A DNA stretch of 64,000 nt, taken from an uncultured Acidobacteriota bacterium. GTDB lineage: Bacteria > Acidobacteriota > Thermoanaerobaculia > Gp7-AA8. Of this stretch, positions 20,656-34,900 are shown in pieces (positions within the stretch are counted from its first letter, which is position 1; every line of letters starts with the position of its first letter). A program made the position numbers and the translations under genes. The notes below the pieces were generated by a model. It did not search any database and was not told where the DNA came from. It saw only the letters and a list, made by a program, of their open reading frames with translations. Location of the stretch: contig CAVUKB010000001.1 of the NCBI GenBank assembly GCA_963741955.1, positions 449,417 through 513,416 of the forward strand, written 5' to 3'.

Positions 20656-22247
20656 TGACTTCGCTTCCGAGAACACTCGGGCAACTGCGCGAGACCGGTT
20701 ACCGCCATCGCTCCGTCAAGGACGAGATGCGCCAGAACCTCATCGAAGCGCTTCGCAGCGGCAAAGAAACCTTCCCCGGCATCCTCGGTTACGCGCGCAC
20801 CGTGATCCCCGCGATCCACAACGCCGTGCTCGCGCGCCATGACATGATCCTGCTCGGGCTTCGCGGCCAGGCGAAGACCAGGATCCTCCGTTCGCTGGTG
20901 AATTTCCTGGACGAGCGAATCCCGATCGTGCACGGCTGCGAGATCAACGACGCTCCTCTCGCTCCGACCTGCAAGCGATGTCGTGTCCTCGCCGCAGAGA
21001 GTGGGGACGAGCTTCCGATCGACTGGATCACCCGCGAGGAGCGTTACCGCGAGAAGCTGGCGACTCCCGACGTGACCGTCGCGGACCTGATCGGCGACAT
21101 CGATCCGATCAAGGCGGCGAACCAGCGGCTGACCTACTCCGACGAACAGGTCATCCATTACGGAATCGTCCCCCGCACCAACCGCGGCGTCTTCGCCATC
21201 AACGAGATCCCCGACCTCGCACCGCGCATTCAGGTGGCGCTGCTGAACATCCTCGAAGAGCGCGATCTGCAGATCCGCGGCTTTCCGGTCCGCATTCCGC
21301 TCGACGTGGTCCTCGTCTTCAGCGCGAATCCGGAGGACTACACGAATCGCGGGAGCATCATCACCCCGCTGAAGGACAGAATCGATTCGCAGATCCTCAC
21401 TCACTATCCGACGAACATCGAAACCGCGATGGCGATCACCCGCCAGGAGGCGTGGATCGAACGCGACGATGTGAAGTCGAAGATCGAGATTCCCGAATAC
21501 ATCCGTGAGCTGATCGAACAGATCGCGTTCGCCGCACGCGGCTCGGAGCTGGTCGATCAATCGTCCGGCGTCTCTGCGCGCATGCCGATCTCCGCTCTCG
21601 AGATTCTCCGGTCCAACCTCGAGCGGCGCGCAATCCGCACCGGGGACGAGCTGGTCTTTCCGCGCCTGTCAGACCTCGCAATGGTTCTCCCCGCAGTCAC
21701 CGGAAAAGTCGAAATGGTGTACGAGGGAGAGCAGCAGGGGGCGGAGGTGGTCGGCGCGAAGCTGATCGGTGAGTCGGTCATGCAGCTTTTCTCGCGGAAG
21801 TTCCCGCCGATCGAACGGGCCGGGCGCGCCGCGACGGAACGGGAGCGGTCGAAACGTTCGTACGGCGAGATCGACCACGACGACTTCACCGAAGCCGCAA
21901 GGGGACGGGAGGAGAAGAGAAGATCCAATCCCGCTCCGGACGCGAAGACGGTGGAGGGCACGCTCCCGTACGACGAGATCGTCGCCTGGTTCATGGAAGG
22001 GAACCGGATCACTCTTTCTGACGAGCAACCATTCGCGGAGTATTTCGCGGAACTGCAACGCGTTCCGCAGCTCGCCGATTCGGCCCGCCGCCATTTCAAT
22101 CCTTCTCACGATGCGGAGCTCGCGTTTGCCATGGAGCTGATTCTGGAGGCGCTGCACCAGTCACTCCGGCTCGGGCGAGAGAATCTCGATTCGACCATCA
22201 CCTTCTCCGAGCTGATGAAATTCAACATCCTGCGGACGGTGAAATGA
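20655..22247 (+). CDS. AAA+ ATPase, Mg-chelatase ChlI-like
   Basis: Walker A GLRGQAKT, FAINEIPDL, SANPEDYTNRG, PLKDR. Confidence 0.85.
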   Translation: MTSLPRTLGQLRETGYRHRSVKDEMRQNLIEALRSGKETFPGILGYARTVIPAIHNAVLARHDMILLGLRGQAKTRILRSLVNFLDERIPIVHGCEINDAPLAPTCKRCRVLAAESGDELPIDWITREERYREKLATPDVTVADLIGDIDPIKAANQRLTYSDEQVIHYGIVPRTNRGVFAINEIPDLAPRIQVALLNILEERDLQIRGFPVRIPLDVVLVFSANPEDYTNRGSIITPLKDRIDSQILTHYPTNIETAMAITRQEAWIERDDVKSKIEIPEYIRELIEQIAFAARGSELVDQSSGVSARMPISALEILRSNLERRAIRTGDELVFPRLSDLAMVLPAVTGKVEMVYEGEQQGAEVVGAKLIGESVMQLFSRKFPPIERAGRAATERERSKRSYGEIDHDDFTEAARGREEKRRSNPAPDAKTVEGTLPYDEIVAWFMEGNRITLSDEQPFAEYFAELQRVPQLADSARRHFNPSHDAELAFAMELILEALHQSLRLGRENLDSTITFSELMKFNILRTVK

Positions 22248-22666
22248 TGACCAGGATCACACTCGACCTCTCTGCGGAGACCCTCCGGCGTCTCGACCGG
22301 ATCGTGAAGGACGGCTGGTACGCCGATCGCGACTCGCTGGTCACCGAAGCGCTCGAGCAGTTCGTGGAATCGAGATCGTTTCTCGGCGACTCTCCGCGCC
22401 TGCTCCATCACTTCGCCGCCGACGCGCTCAACGAATCCAAGCCCGAGATCGCACTGAAGTTCGTGGCCAGAGCGCTCTCCCTGATGAACACCCACGATCC
22501 GATCGACCTGAACCTCTATCAGCAACTGGTCGAACTGCGGGTCCAGATTCTGCTGATTCTCGGCCTCAACAGTGAAGCGCTCGAATCGCTGAAGGAAGCG
22601 CGGGAGCGTCTCCCCAACAACCCGAATGTCCTCCGCTGGATGAATCGGGTCCAGGCGCTCGTCTGA
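22244..22666 (+). CDS. ribbon-helix-helix protein with TPR-like C-terminus
   Basis: TRITLDLSAETLRRLDRIVKDGWYADRDSLVTEAL resembles CopG/NikR RHH; translationally coupled to the ATPase. Confidence 0.6.
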   Translation: MMTRITLDLSAETLRRLDRIVKDGWYADRDSLVTEALEQFVESRSFLGDSPRLLHHFAADALNESKPEIALKFVARALSLMNTHDPIDLNLYQQLVELRVQILLILGLNSEALESLKEARERLPNNPNVLRWMNRVQALV

Positions 22667-22679
22667 TCCGGAGCCCGCG

Positions 22680-23774
22680 ATGCGATTCCGCTACAGTTGG
22701 CTCGACCCTTCACTCGTGCAGCAGCTTCTCGCCGAGATGGGTCTGCGCCGCCTCTTCAACCACCTCCTGCTGCAGACCGGCGGCGACGTCGAAGAAGCGA
22801 TGGAGTGGATGCGCATGCTCCAGGAGCGTGGCTATATCGACTCCGACGTCGATCTCGACCAGTTCTTCGCCCGGCTGATGGACGAACGGATGATCGGTCG
22901 GGATGGAGAAGGGAATCTCGTGATGGCACCGGGCGGAGAACGGGAGATCCGTCGCGACGCGCTCGAGGAGATCTTCGGCGGTCTGAAGAAAGCCGCCCCC
23001 GGGTACCATGCCGTAGCTCAGGCGGGGGAGGGGAGCGAGCAGCTCACCGAAAACCGGCCCTACCGCTTCGGCGACGATCCGATGTCGATCGACGGAGTCC
23101 GCACGCTCCAGAACGCGATGAAGCACCACGCTCCGGCCGACGAGATCACCATCGACGAAGCGGACTTCGAGGTGTTCGAGACGGAGCACAACACCAGCTG
23201 CGCAACCGTGGTGATGATCGACATCTCCCACTCCATGATCCTGTACGGCGAGGACCGGATCACTCCGGCGAAGAAGGTCGCTCTCGCGCTGACCGAATTG
23301 ATCATGACCCGGTATCCGAAAGACGCGATCGACGTTCTGGTCTTCGGCGACGACGCCGAACGGATCCCCGTCTCCGAGATCCCCTACGTCCAGGTGGGGC
23401 CGTACCACACCAACACCAAAGCCGGGCTGGAGCTCGCACAGAACATCCTCCGGCACAGGAAACACGCGAACAAGCAGATCTTCATGATCACCGATGGGAA
23501 GCCTTCCGCGCTGCGTGAAGGCGGGCGGCTCTACACCAATTCGTTCGGTCTCGACATGCGGATCGTCAACCGGACTCTCGAAGAAGCGGAGCGGTGCAGG
23601 CGTGCGAAGATCCCCATCACGACGTTCATGCTCGCGACCGATCCGACTCTGGTGAATTTCGTCGATCAGCTCTCACGGACCAATCGCGGCCGGGCCTACT
23701 ACTCTTCGCCGGACCGGCTCGGAGAGTACATCCTGGCCGACTACATCCGGAACCGTCGCAAGTTCGTCCACTGA
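22680..23774 (+). CDS. VWA domain protein
   Basis: MIDAS motif DISHS, HTNT, ITDGKPS. Confidence 0.88.
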   Translation: MRFRYSWLDPSLVQQLLAEMGLRRLFNHLLLQTGGDVEEAMEWMRMLQERGYIDSDVDLDQFFARLMDERMIGRDGEGNLVMAPGGEREIRRDALEEIFGGLKKAAPGYHAVAQAGEGSEQLTENRPYRFGDDPMSIDGVRTLQNAMKHHAPADEITIDEADFEVFETEHNTSCATVVMIDISHSMILYGEDRITPAKKVALALTELIMTRYPKDAIDVLVFGDDAERIPVSEIPYVQVGPYHTNTKAGLELAQNILRHRKHANKQIFMITDGKPSALREGGRLYTNSFGLDMRIVNRTLEEAERCRRAKIPITTFMLATDPTLVNFVDQLSRTNRGRAYYSSPDRLGEYILADYIRNRRKFVH

Positions 23775-23882
23775 CATCCGGCCGTCGCATCGCGGCATTC
23801 GTGTTCATGCCGGCGGGCGTGCGGCGGAAGCCGTTCCGGCCCCCGATGGCGACAACCCTTCCGCGATCGGCTGCTCGGACGC

Positions 23883-25070
23883 TCAGTCGGCGCCGGAGAC
23901 GAAGCTCGGCGCGATCTCGCTGTCGAAGAGGTAACACGCGGGATCGGCTTCCCAGAAATCCCCGCACTCCGCTTCGGCTCGTGGACGGAAGTTCCCGTTA
24001 CAGAGATCCACCCACAGACACGTCGCACAGCGTCCCTTCAGGTACTTCCTCCGGTCGCGCATGGCGAGGATCAGTCCGTCCTGCGTGTGCCTCCAGACGT
24101 CCGAGAAGCGACGGTCGCGGATCGAGCCGATGGTGTGGTACTGCATGAACTGATCGGGGTGGACGTTACCGAAGCTGTCGACCGACGCCGCCTGGAGCCC
24201 GGAGCGGTTGCCGGCGCCCCGTTTGAGCTGCTCGAGAGCATCGGCTGCGCGGGCCGGATCCTTCTGCAGCAGCTTGAGGTAGACGTATGGCCCGTCGGCG
24301 AGATTGTCCTCGGTGACCACTTCGATCGGACGGCCATCGCGGATCCATTGCTCCACCTGGTCGATGATCGAGTCCATTACGAACCGGCGCTCGGACATGT
24401 TGAGGTCCATCGCGCTCGTCGCGGGACCGTGACCCGAATAGACGAGATGACTGATCGCGAGATACGAGACTCCCTCCCGTTCGATCAGTTGAAGGATCTC
24501 GCCGAGGTCGTCCGCACTCGATGCGGTGAGGGTGAAACGGACCCCGACCGGGACTCCGGCGTCGCGACAGTTCCGGATTCCCTGCACTGCTTCGCGGTAC
24601 GCTCCCTTCCGGTCGCGCAACCCGTCGTGAGTCTTCTCGGATCCGTCTATGCTGATCCCGACCCGCTGGACGCCGGCGCGCGCGAGCTCTCTCGCGATCT
24701 TTCCGCTGAGGAGCGTTCCGTTGGTCGAGAGGGTGACCCGAAGCCCCTGCGAAGTCGCATACTCGATGATGGAGAGCATGTCCGGCCGGATCAGCGGCTC
24801 GCCGCCCGAGATGATCAGCGACGGAGTGTGAAAGGCGACGAGGTCGTCGACCATCGCCATCGCTTCTTCGGTGGTCAGTTCACCCGGGAAATGGCGCCTT
24901 TCGGAGAGGGAGCGGCAGACGATGCAGTCCAGATTGCAGGTCCGCGTGGAGTTCCACACCACCACCGGAGGTCCGGTGCGTACCGAATCGTCACCATATG
25001 TATCGGCCGGTTCGAGCAGCAGATCTCCGAAACGGGTCGAACCTCCAAGAAGCTTCGTGATGCTGATCAT
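23883..25070 (-). CDS. radical SAM/SPASM protein, AhbC/NirJ1-like
   Basis: MISITKLL start, VVWNSTRTCNLDCIVC, SGGEPL, STNGT, VHPDQF, CATC..C.GNFR.RA, DPACY. Confidence 0.8.
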   Translation of the reverse strand: MISITKLLGGSTRFGDLLLEPADTYGDDSVRTGPPVVVWNSTRTCNLDCIVCRSLSERRHFPGELTTEEAMAMVDDLVAFHTPSLIISGGEPLIRPDMLSIIEYATSQGLRVTLSTNGTLLSGKIARELARAGVQRVGISIDGSEKTHDGLRDRKGAYREAVQGIRNCRDAGVPVGVRFTLTASSADDLGEILQLIEREGVSYLAISHLVYSGHGPATSAMDLNMSERRFVMDSIIDQVEQWIRDGRPIEVVTEDNLADGPYVYLKLLQKDPARAADALEQLKRGAGNRSGLQAASVDSFGNVHPDQFMQYHTIGSIRDRRFSDVWRHTQDGLILAMRDRRKYLKGRCATCLWVDLCNGNFRPRAEAECGDFWEADPACYLFDSEIAPSFVSGAD

Positions 25071-25270
25071 GTCGCACCCCTTCGTCCTGCCGGCGCACCA
25101 GGCGCGCAGCGTTCGCGCTCTTCCACTTCCTTCGAACTGATCGTCGCACCCCCCCTGAGGAGCGTCGGTGATACGAGGCACATCGGGGGGTGACCGCAGC
25201 TACAGTGCGGGCTTCCCCGCTCTTTTGGACAGATCGGAATCGGACCGCACCGGTCGAGGTTGATTCGAGG

Positions 25271-29068
<3,798 letters not shown>

Positions 29069-29184
29069 ATCGATGGGGCGACGCACTGCTCGTCGGCGGT
29101 GTGGGCGTCCGTTACGGTTCCGTGGCGGCTCTCCGGAATAGCGAATTCCGGCCCCTCGTTTGACCGATTCGTACCGGAGGACTC

Positions 29185-30042
29185 GTGAAACGAATTGCTG
29201 CCGTACTGCTGATGGGGATCGCCTTCGCACCGCAACTCTTTGCCGGTGACCGCTGGCTGACCTCCCTCGACCAGGCGGAAAAGATCGCCAGAGCGAAGAA
29301 CCAGCTGATCTTCGTCGATCTTTTCGCCGAGTGGTGCGGATGGTGCCACCGAATGGAGAGCGACGTCTTCCCGACTGCGGAGTTCCAGAAAGCCACCAGC
29401 AACATGGTTCTGCTGCGGCTCGACACGGAGGACCGGAAAGAGGGGACGCAGTTCGCCAGGACTTACGAGATCACGCAACTCCCGACGTTCCTCGTCCTCG
29501 AGCCGGATCTGTCGCTCGCCGGAACGATCCGCGGTTACGCTCCGGCTCCCCAGTTCGTCTACCAGATGAAGCTGGTGATCGCGGAAAATGCACAGTATCG
29601 AAAACTGGTGGGCGACGAGGCCGCGATCGCGAACGACTATTCGAAACGACTGACCCTGATCGAAGAGATGATCGACAGGCGCAGCTTCGCCGATGCGGAC
29701 AAGCGCGTGAAAAAACTGATCAGCGAGAAGGCGACGCCGGCGGAGATCCGAAGCGAAGCGTACTACCAGCTCGCGTTTCTGCAGGTCAAGCAGAGGAAAT
29801 TCGACGATGCAGTCTCGACGATCCACGACTGCACGACGAGGAAACATGGAGATGCGGTCGAGCGGTGTTATCTGCTCCTCGGGCAGATCGACCTCTCGCA
29901 GGGGAAACTGAAGGATGCGCTCGACGAGTTCGTGCGCTTCAAGGTCCGTTTCCCCGACTCCCCACACGTTCGTGAGATCGATTCATTTCTGCCACAGCTC
30001 GAGACTGCGGTCGCCAACGCCGCTGCAGCACAGGGGCAGTAA
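29185..30042 (+). CDS. exported thioredoxin-family protein with TPRs
   Basis: Signal peptide, AEWCGWC, LPTF cis-Pro loop, C-terminal TPRs. Confidence 0.85.
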   Translation: MKRIAAVLLMGIAFAPQLFAGDRWLTSLDQAEKIARAKNQLIFVDLFAEWCGWCHRMESDVFPTAEFQKATSNMVLLRLDTEDRKEGTQFARTYEITQLPTFLVLEPDLSLAGTIRGYAPAPQFVYQMKLVIAENAQYRKLVGDEAAIANDYSKRLTLIEEMIDRRSFADADKRVKKLISEKATPAEIRSEAYYQLAFLQVKQRKFDDAVSTIHDCTTRKHGDAVERCYLLLGQIDLSQGKLKDALDEFVRFKVRFPDSPHVREIDSFLPQLETAVANAAAAQGQ

Positions 30043-30079
30043 TCCTCAGGGATACCACTACGGAGTCAGGACCGGTGAA

Positions 30080-31918
30080 GTGAAGGCGCATACGACGTTT
30101 CTCTCGATTCTCGCAGCTCTCACCCTCTCGATCGTTCCCGCGCAGGCGCAGATCTCTTTCTCGCTGCCGGGCGCGGATTCCACGGCCTCGCAGCACGTCC
30201 GGGTGGAGGCACACATCACCTCCGCGGAAGGCGACCACCTGAAGGGCGTGGCCAACGTCGAGATCGAAAAGGGATGGCACATCAACTCGGCCCATCCTCT
30301 CGACGACTATTCGATCCCGACCACCCTCGAGCTCGACTCGAAGCTGGCGCGACTGGTGAAGGCCGACTACCCGCCCCACGTGGTACGGGAGTTCTCGTTT
30401 GCCAACGGAAAACTCGCGGTTTACGAAGGAAGGTTCGCGATTCCGTTCGAGCTCGAGCGGACAGCCCCCGGTGCGGGGACGTTGAAGTTCGGCGTCCACT
30501 ACCAGTCGTGCAACGACAACGTCTGCCTTCCTCCGAAAACCGCGACCACGGATCTGCAGATCCCGGCCGGTCCCGTGACGGCGGACGCCACTCCCGCTCC
30601 CGCCGCTGCGACCGAGACGGCGGCAACCGCTTCCGTTCCTCCTCCCGCGGCCTCGACCTCTGCCGCTGATTTCACGCCGCTTCCCGCCGCGGGGGAAGAG
30701 GTGCCGAACCGGGGTCTGTTCAGCAGCGACATCGGAAGCACTCTCGCGTCGCACGGTCTTCCCCTCACCCTCGCGGTGATCTTCGTTCTCGGGCTCGCGC
30801 TGAACCTCACCCCCTGCGTCTATCCGCTGATCCCGATCACGGTCGCATTCTTCGCCTCTCAAGGAGAGGGAAGCCGGGCCCGCCAGGTCGGGCTCTCGTC
30901 CTCCTATGTGCTCGGCCTCGCCGCGACGTATTCGTTGCTCGGCGTTTTCGCCGCACTCTCGGGAAAGATGTTCGGGATATGGCTGCAGAGCCCTGCGGTT
31001 CTGATCTTCTTCGCGCTGCTGATGCTCGTCCTCTCGGCTTCGATGTTCGGCCTCTACGAGATCCGCGTCCCGCAGTTCATCACCCGTCAGGCGACGGCGA
31101 GAGCGGGCTACGCCGGCGCCGTGACCATGGGGCTGCTGGCCGGAATCGTCGCCGCTCCGTGCGTGGGACCCTTCGTGATCTCGATGATCACAGTGGTGGG
31201 GCAGAAGGGTGAGCCGTTCTTCGGCTTTCTCCTCTTCTTCGTTCTCGCTCTCGGTCTCGGACTTCCTTACCTGCTGCTGGGGATCTTCTCCTCGTCGCTC
31301 CGTTCGATGCCGCGCTCCGGCGTCTGGCTGGTTCACGTCGAGCGGGCGCTCGGGTTCATCCTCATCGCGATGGCGTTCTACTTCCTCCGTCCGGTGCTCG
31401 GAGACGAGGTCTACCGCTGGGGAGTCGCAGGAAGTCTGCTGCTCGGAGCTGCGTATCTCGTCTTCCGTGGAATGCAGCTCAAGCAGGCGCGTACCGTGCC
31501 TCTGATCGCGGGGGTGATCCTCCTCGCGGGCGGAATTTTTCTCGCGATCCCGCCCCGCACCGACGGAGGAATTCAGTGGAAGCCGTACGATGAGAAGCAT
31601 CTCGCCGCGGCCGCCGCGAGCGGGAAGCCGGTGCTGATCGACTTCTACGCGGATTGGTGCCTCCCCTGCAAGGAGCTCGACGAGAAGACCTTCAACGAAC
31701 CGAAGGTCGCTGCGGAGGCGAGCCGTTTCGTGACCCTGAGAGCCGATCTGACCCGCACCGCCGATCCGACCACCGTGGCCCTCTCCGAGCGCTACGCGAT
31801 CCGGGGAGTTCCGACGATCGTCTTCATCGACTCGGCGGGGCGGGAGCTCTCCGCCGATCGGCTCACCGGATTCGAGCCGGCGTCGAAATTCCTCCAGCGC
31901 CTCTCGAACGTCCGCTGA
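30080..31918 (+). CDS. dsbD: DsbD-like protein-disulfide reductase
   Basis: N-domain GWHIN and QSCNDNVCLPP; TM domain LTPCVYP and APCVGP; thioredoxin domain FYADWCLPC. Start GTG 30080 inferred. Confidence 0.85.
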   Translation: MKAHTTFLSILAALTLSIVPAQAQISFSLPGADSTASQHVRVEAHITSAEGDHLKGVANVEIEKGWHINSAHPLDDYSIPTTLELDSKLARLVKADYPPHVVREFSFANGKLAVYEGRFAIPFELERTAPGAGTLKFGVHYQSCNDNVCLPPKTATTDLQIPAGPVTADATPAPAAATETAATASVPPPAASTSAADFTPLPAAGEEVPNRGLFSSDIGSTLASHGLPLTLAVIFVLGLALNLTPCVYPLIPITVAFFASQGEGSRARQVGLSSSYVLGLAATYSLLGVFAALSGKMFGIWLQSPAVLIFFALLMLVLSASMFGLYEIRVPQFITRQATARAGYAGAVTMGLLAGIVAAPCVGPFVISMITVVGQKGEPFFGFLLFFVLALGLGLPYLLLGIFSSSLRSMPRSGVWLVHVERALGFILIAMAFYFLRPVLGDEVYRWGVAGSLLLGAAYLVFRGMQLKQARTVPLIAGVILLAGGIFLAIPPRTDGGIQWKPYDEKHLAAAAASGKPVLIDFYADWCLPCKELDEKTFNEPKVAAEASRFVTLRADLTRTADPTTVALSERYAIRGVPTIVFIDSAGRELSADRLTGFEPASKFLQRLSNVR

Positions 31919-31923
31919 ACCCA

Positions 31924-32084
31924 GGAGTCTGCGCGGTAGAAACTGTCCTACTGCGAAAGCGGATCAGCGGTCCAGATCCGCCCGGATTTTCGGCGAGTAG
32001 CCACCGCTACGCACCTCAAATCCGAACGAATTTGGCCTCGCCGTTCCGCTTTCTCGCTACGGACGTTCCTACCGCGCAGACTCC
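31924..32084. mobile_element. palindromic MITE-like element, type B (~160 bp)
   Basis: 16-bp perfect terminal inverted repeat GGAGTCTGCGCGGTAG / CTACCGCGCAGACTCC, internal partial symmetry, central GTAGC-N3-GCTAC hairpin; no coding capacity. Confidence 0.6.
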
Positions 32085-32269
32085 GGGCCCGCATTTCTCA
32101 CACCATCTCTGCTGCGGAGACGGATAGCGGCCTGTCTACTACGTTGCGCACATCTTCGGCTCCTCGACATAGTCACCACTTTGCCTTCGTCGCCGAAGCT
32201 GCGCGCGCCTTGTATCCAGGCCGCTCTCCGCCTCCTCGCGTCGAGATGGTGTGAGAAATGCGGGCCCGG
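32083..32269. mobile_element. palindromic MITE-like element, type A, copy 1
   Basis: 27-bp perfect terminal inverted repeat CCGGGCCCGCATTTCTCACACCATCTC; near-identical inverted copy at 34901-35076. Confidence 0.75.
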
Positions 32270-32323
32270 CACTCCCCCCACGACTCTCGACACTCGAGTC
32301 GGGCACCTTCTCCTGGCGCCGGC

Positions 32324-32614
32324 TCAGGGGAGCTCGATCTTCGGATTCTCGCTCCGCCGGCGATAGAGGATCGCGATCTTTCCGATCGTCTCGACCAGCT
32401 CGGCGCCGAGCTCCCCCGCGAGAGCCGTCGCGATCTGGTGGCGCTCTGCCGGTCCCGAATCCACCCGCACCTTGATCAGCTCATGCGCTTCGAGCGTGTT
32501 GTGCGCTTCGGCCAGGAGCGGAGAGGTCAGCCCGCGCTGTCCGACTTTCACCGTCGGTTCGAGATGGTGGGCGAGCGCCTTGAGATGTTTTCGCTGTCTG
32601 GAAGTCAATGCCAT
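32324..32614 (-). CDS. yhbY: YhbY ribosome-assembly RNA-binding protein (CRM domain)
   Basis: LTSRQRKHLKALAHHLEP, GQRG, HELIKV, IGKIAILYR. Confidence 0.93.
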   Translation of the reverse strand: MALTSRQRKHLKALAHHLEPTVKVGQRGLTSPLLAEAHNTLEAHELIKVRVDSGPAERHQIATALAGELGAELVETIGKIAILYRRRSENPKIELP

Positions 32615-32785
32615 TCGTACTCCAGCCACGGCAGTGGCGCCCGCATTGTATCCGCATCGGAGTGCGCCAGGGGTCGGCGCGGCGGAACCCGTATTGCTGC
32701 GAGGCGTATCAGCGTTCCGGATCGCGCCCGATTCCCGGCCGGTCGTCGCCGACAGGCACGTCGTATCCCGCTCGGGCGGCCGGAT

Positions 32786-33958
32786 TCACTTCTCGGGTGA
32801 CTGGAGTCTCGCAGTGCGCGCCGGGACGGTGGACATGGGCTGACCGCCGCGGGAGGCCTCGCTCAGATCGGATGAGGAAGTGTCGCTCACCGAGTGAAAC
32901 GTCCAGATGCCCTCGTACCGTTTGCCGTTGTCCCGTCCTCTTCCCCAGACCAGCACCTGCTGGTCTGCTTTCGGAAGCGGCTCTCGGACCACGAACGAGA
33001 TGTGTCCGCTCTTCGGATCGTACGAGGACGCCATCGGTCCGGTTCCGATCAGGGCCATCCGCACGGTGGACGGATCGAGCCTCGAGAAGTTGCGGATCCG
33101 GGCTTCGATCACCGGCTCGTCGGGATCGAGCTCACCGCCCGGTCGGGGTGATGCCCCTGCGAGATGCATCGGCACATTGCCGAGGTGCATGCGGAAGGCG
33201 AAGAAACTGGTGTCGCTGTAGACCGCGACACGATTGATGCGGAACGGGTCTGCATTCTTCGTCACGACGCCGTAGTTACTGGTCAGGCCGGCATCGTATC
33301 CCGCGTCATCGAGGGCTTTGACCACCGTGCTGTCGTAGGTGCCGTACGGATACGCCAGATAGCGGACGATCCGTCCCGTCTCGTCTTCGATCTTCTTCTT
33401 GCTTCCGCGGAGCTCGTGGACCAGCCACGCCGAATAGTCGTCCGCCGACATCTCCTCGTGGAAGCGATGCGGGAGCCAGGCGTGGGACCAGGTATGGCTC
33501 TCGACGTCCACTCCGGCGTTCGACATCTCCCGGATCTCGTCCCAGGTGAGGGCGTAGTGGCCCTGTCCGATGAATTGCGGATAGATGAAAATCGTGAACG
33601 GGAAGCCGAACTGCTTCATGACCGGGAAGACTTCGCTGTACGTGCTGCGATAGCCGTCGTCGACCGTGATGACCACGGGGTTCGGCGGGAGGGAGTCGAT
33701 TTTCCCGGCGACGTAGTCCATCAGCTCCGAAAGTGGGATCACCTCGTATCCCGAACTGGCGAGATACTCGATCTGGAGCCGGAAGCTCTCCCGGGTGATC
33801 GCCATCCTGGTGTCGTTCGGCGACTGGACGATGTGATAGGTCAGTACGGTGGCGGAGACGGGAGGACTGCCGGCTGCCTGCACCAGCGTCGGCAGCGAAA
33901 GCATCAGCGCCAGAAGAAGGGCGGTACGCCCGGGGCGTTTCATCGGGATTTTTTCCAT
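32786..33958 (-). CDS. exported polysaccharide deacetylase
   Basis: Signal peptide; LTYH, ITVDDGY, SHTWSH, AYPYG. Start at 33958 or 33943. Confidence 0.88.
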   Translation of the reverse strand: MEKIPMKRPGRTALLLALMLSLPTLVQAAGSPPVSATVLTYHIVQSPNDTRMAITRESFRLQIEYLASSGYEVIPLSELMDYVAGKIDSLPPNPVVITVDDGYRSTYSEVFPVMKQFGFPFTIFIYPQFIGQGHYALTWDEIREMSNAGVDVESHTWSHAWLPHRFHEEMSADDYSAWLVHELRGSKKKIEDETGRIVRYLAYPYGTYDSTVVKALDDAGYDAGLTSNYGVVTKNADPFRINRVAVYSDTSFFAFRMHLGNVPMHLAGASPRPGGELDPDEPVIEARIRNFSRLDPSTVRMALIGTGPMASSYDPKSGHISFVVREPLPKADQQVLVWGRGRDNGKRYEGIWTFHSVSDTSSSDLSEASRGGQPMSTVPARTARLQSPEK

Positions 33959-33989
33959 GATCGGGTGAGCATCTCCGGCGCCGGAGAAC

Positions 33990-34006
33990 TGCAACAACGA
34001 TGCCCC
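33990..34006 (-). promoter_or_regulatory. sigma54 -24/-12-like promoter
   Basis: Minus strand GGGGCATCGTTGTTGCA (GG-N10-GC) upstream of the deacetylase. Confidence 0.5.
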
Positions 34007-34145
34007 GGAATTGCGTGGCGACCTCCTCGATTATTGTAACGGCGGCGGAGCGATCCGGTGCCGGATTCGTGAGGCCCGCCGCAGGCCGATTTGACGCAAG
34101 CCTGCGGTCGAGCTAGATTGTCTCGTTTTTTCCGGAGGGAAGTTC

Positions 34146-34856
34146 ATGGCCGATCGTTTGACTCGAAGGGAAATGAAGGGCGACAAGTTCGTCGAAGACG
34201 TCGAGTTGCTCTACACCTTCATCAATGAACATCGAAAGACACTGATCCTCGCCGCCGCGGCGGTCGTCGCCGTGGTGGTGGTCGCATGGGGCGTCTACGC
34301 GTGGATGATCTCCCGGGACGACGCTGCACAAGCGCGTCTCGCGGATGCGATCGAGATCTACGGGTCCCCCGTCGGAACCGCTCCGGCCGGGGAGGGTGCA
34401 CCCGCTCCGAAGTACAAGACGAACGAAGAGAAGCTCGCGAAGGCCGAGCCGATCTTCAAGGAAGTGCAGCAGAAGTACGGAAGGAGCGACGCTGCGGAAG
34501 TCGCGAATGCGTACCTGGCCCGGATCGCTGCCGACCGCGGAAAGATCGACGAGGCGAAGAGCAAGCTCAGCGGAATCGTGCAGAGCGACCCCGAACGGCT
34601 CATGGCCGCCGCGGCCCAGATGGGTCTGTACAACATCGAGCTGGCGGAGAACCCGAAGCAGCTCGCCACCAGACTGGAGACGGCGCTGAACGATCCGAAG
34701 AGCCTTCTGCCGAAGGACGCGCTCCTCTGGATGCTGGGTCAGGCCTGGTCGGGAGCCGGCGACGCGGAGAAGGCGAAGTCGGCGTGGGAGCGTCTGACCA
34801 CCGAATTCCCCGATTCCCCGTACGCCGGCGACGCACAGCAGAAGATCTCGCACTGA
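34146..34856 (+). CDS. membrane-anchored TPR protein, YfgM-like
   Basis: RREMKGDKF, single TM helix, TPR helices, FPDSPY. Confidence 0.75.
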   Translation: MADRLTRREMKGDKFVEDVELLYTFINEHRKTLILAAAAVVAVVVVAWGVYAWMISRDDAAQARLADAIEIYGSPVGTAPAGEGAPAPKYKTNEEKLAKAEPIFKEVQQKYGRSDAAEVANAYLARIAADRGKIDEAKSKLSGIVQSDPERLMAAAAQMGLYNIELAENPKQLATRLETALNDPKSLLPKDALLWMLGQAWSGAGDAEKAKSAWERLTTEFPDSPYAGDAQQKISH

Positions 34857-34860
34857 CCTC

Positions 34861-34896
34861 GCACTCCTCGCAACGAAATCCCGTGTATGATCCGGG
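34861..34896 (+). repeat. fragment of a related MITE end
   Basis: CTCCTCGCAACGAAATCCCGTGTATGATCCGGG matches 42513-42545 with few mismatches. Confidence 0.6.
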
Positions 34897-34900
34897 GAGT

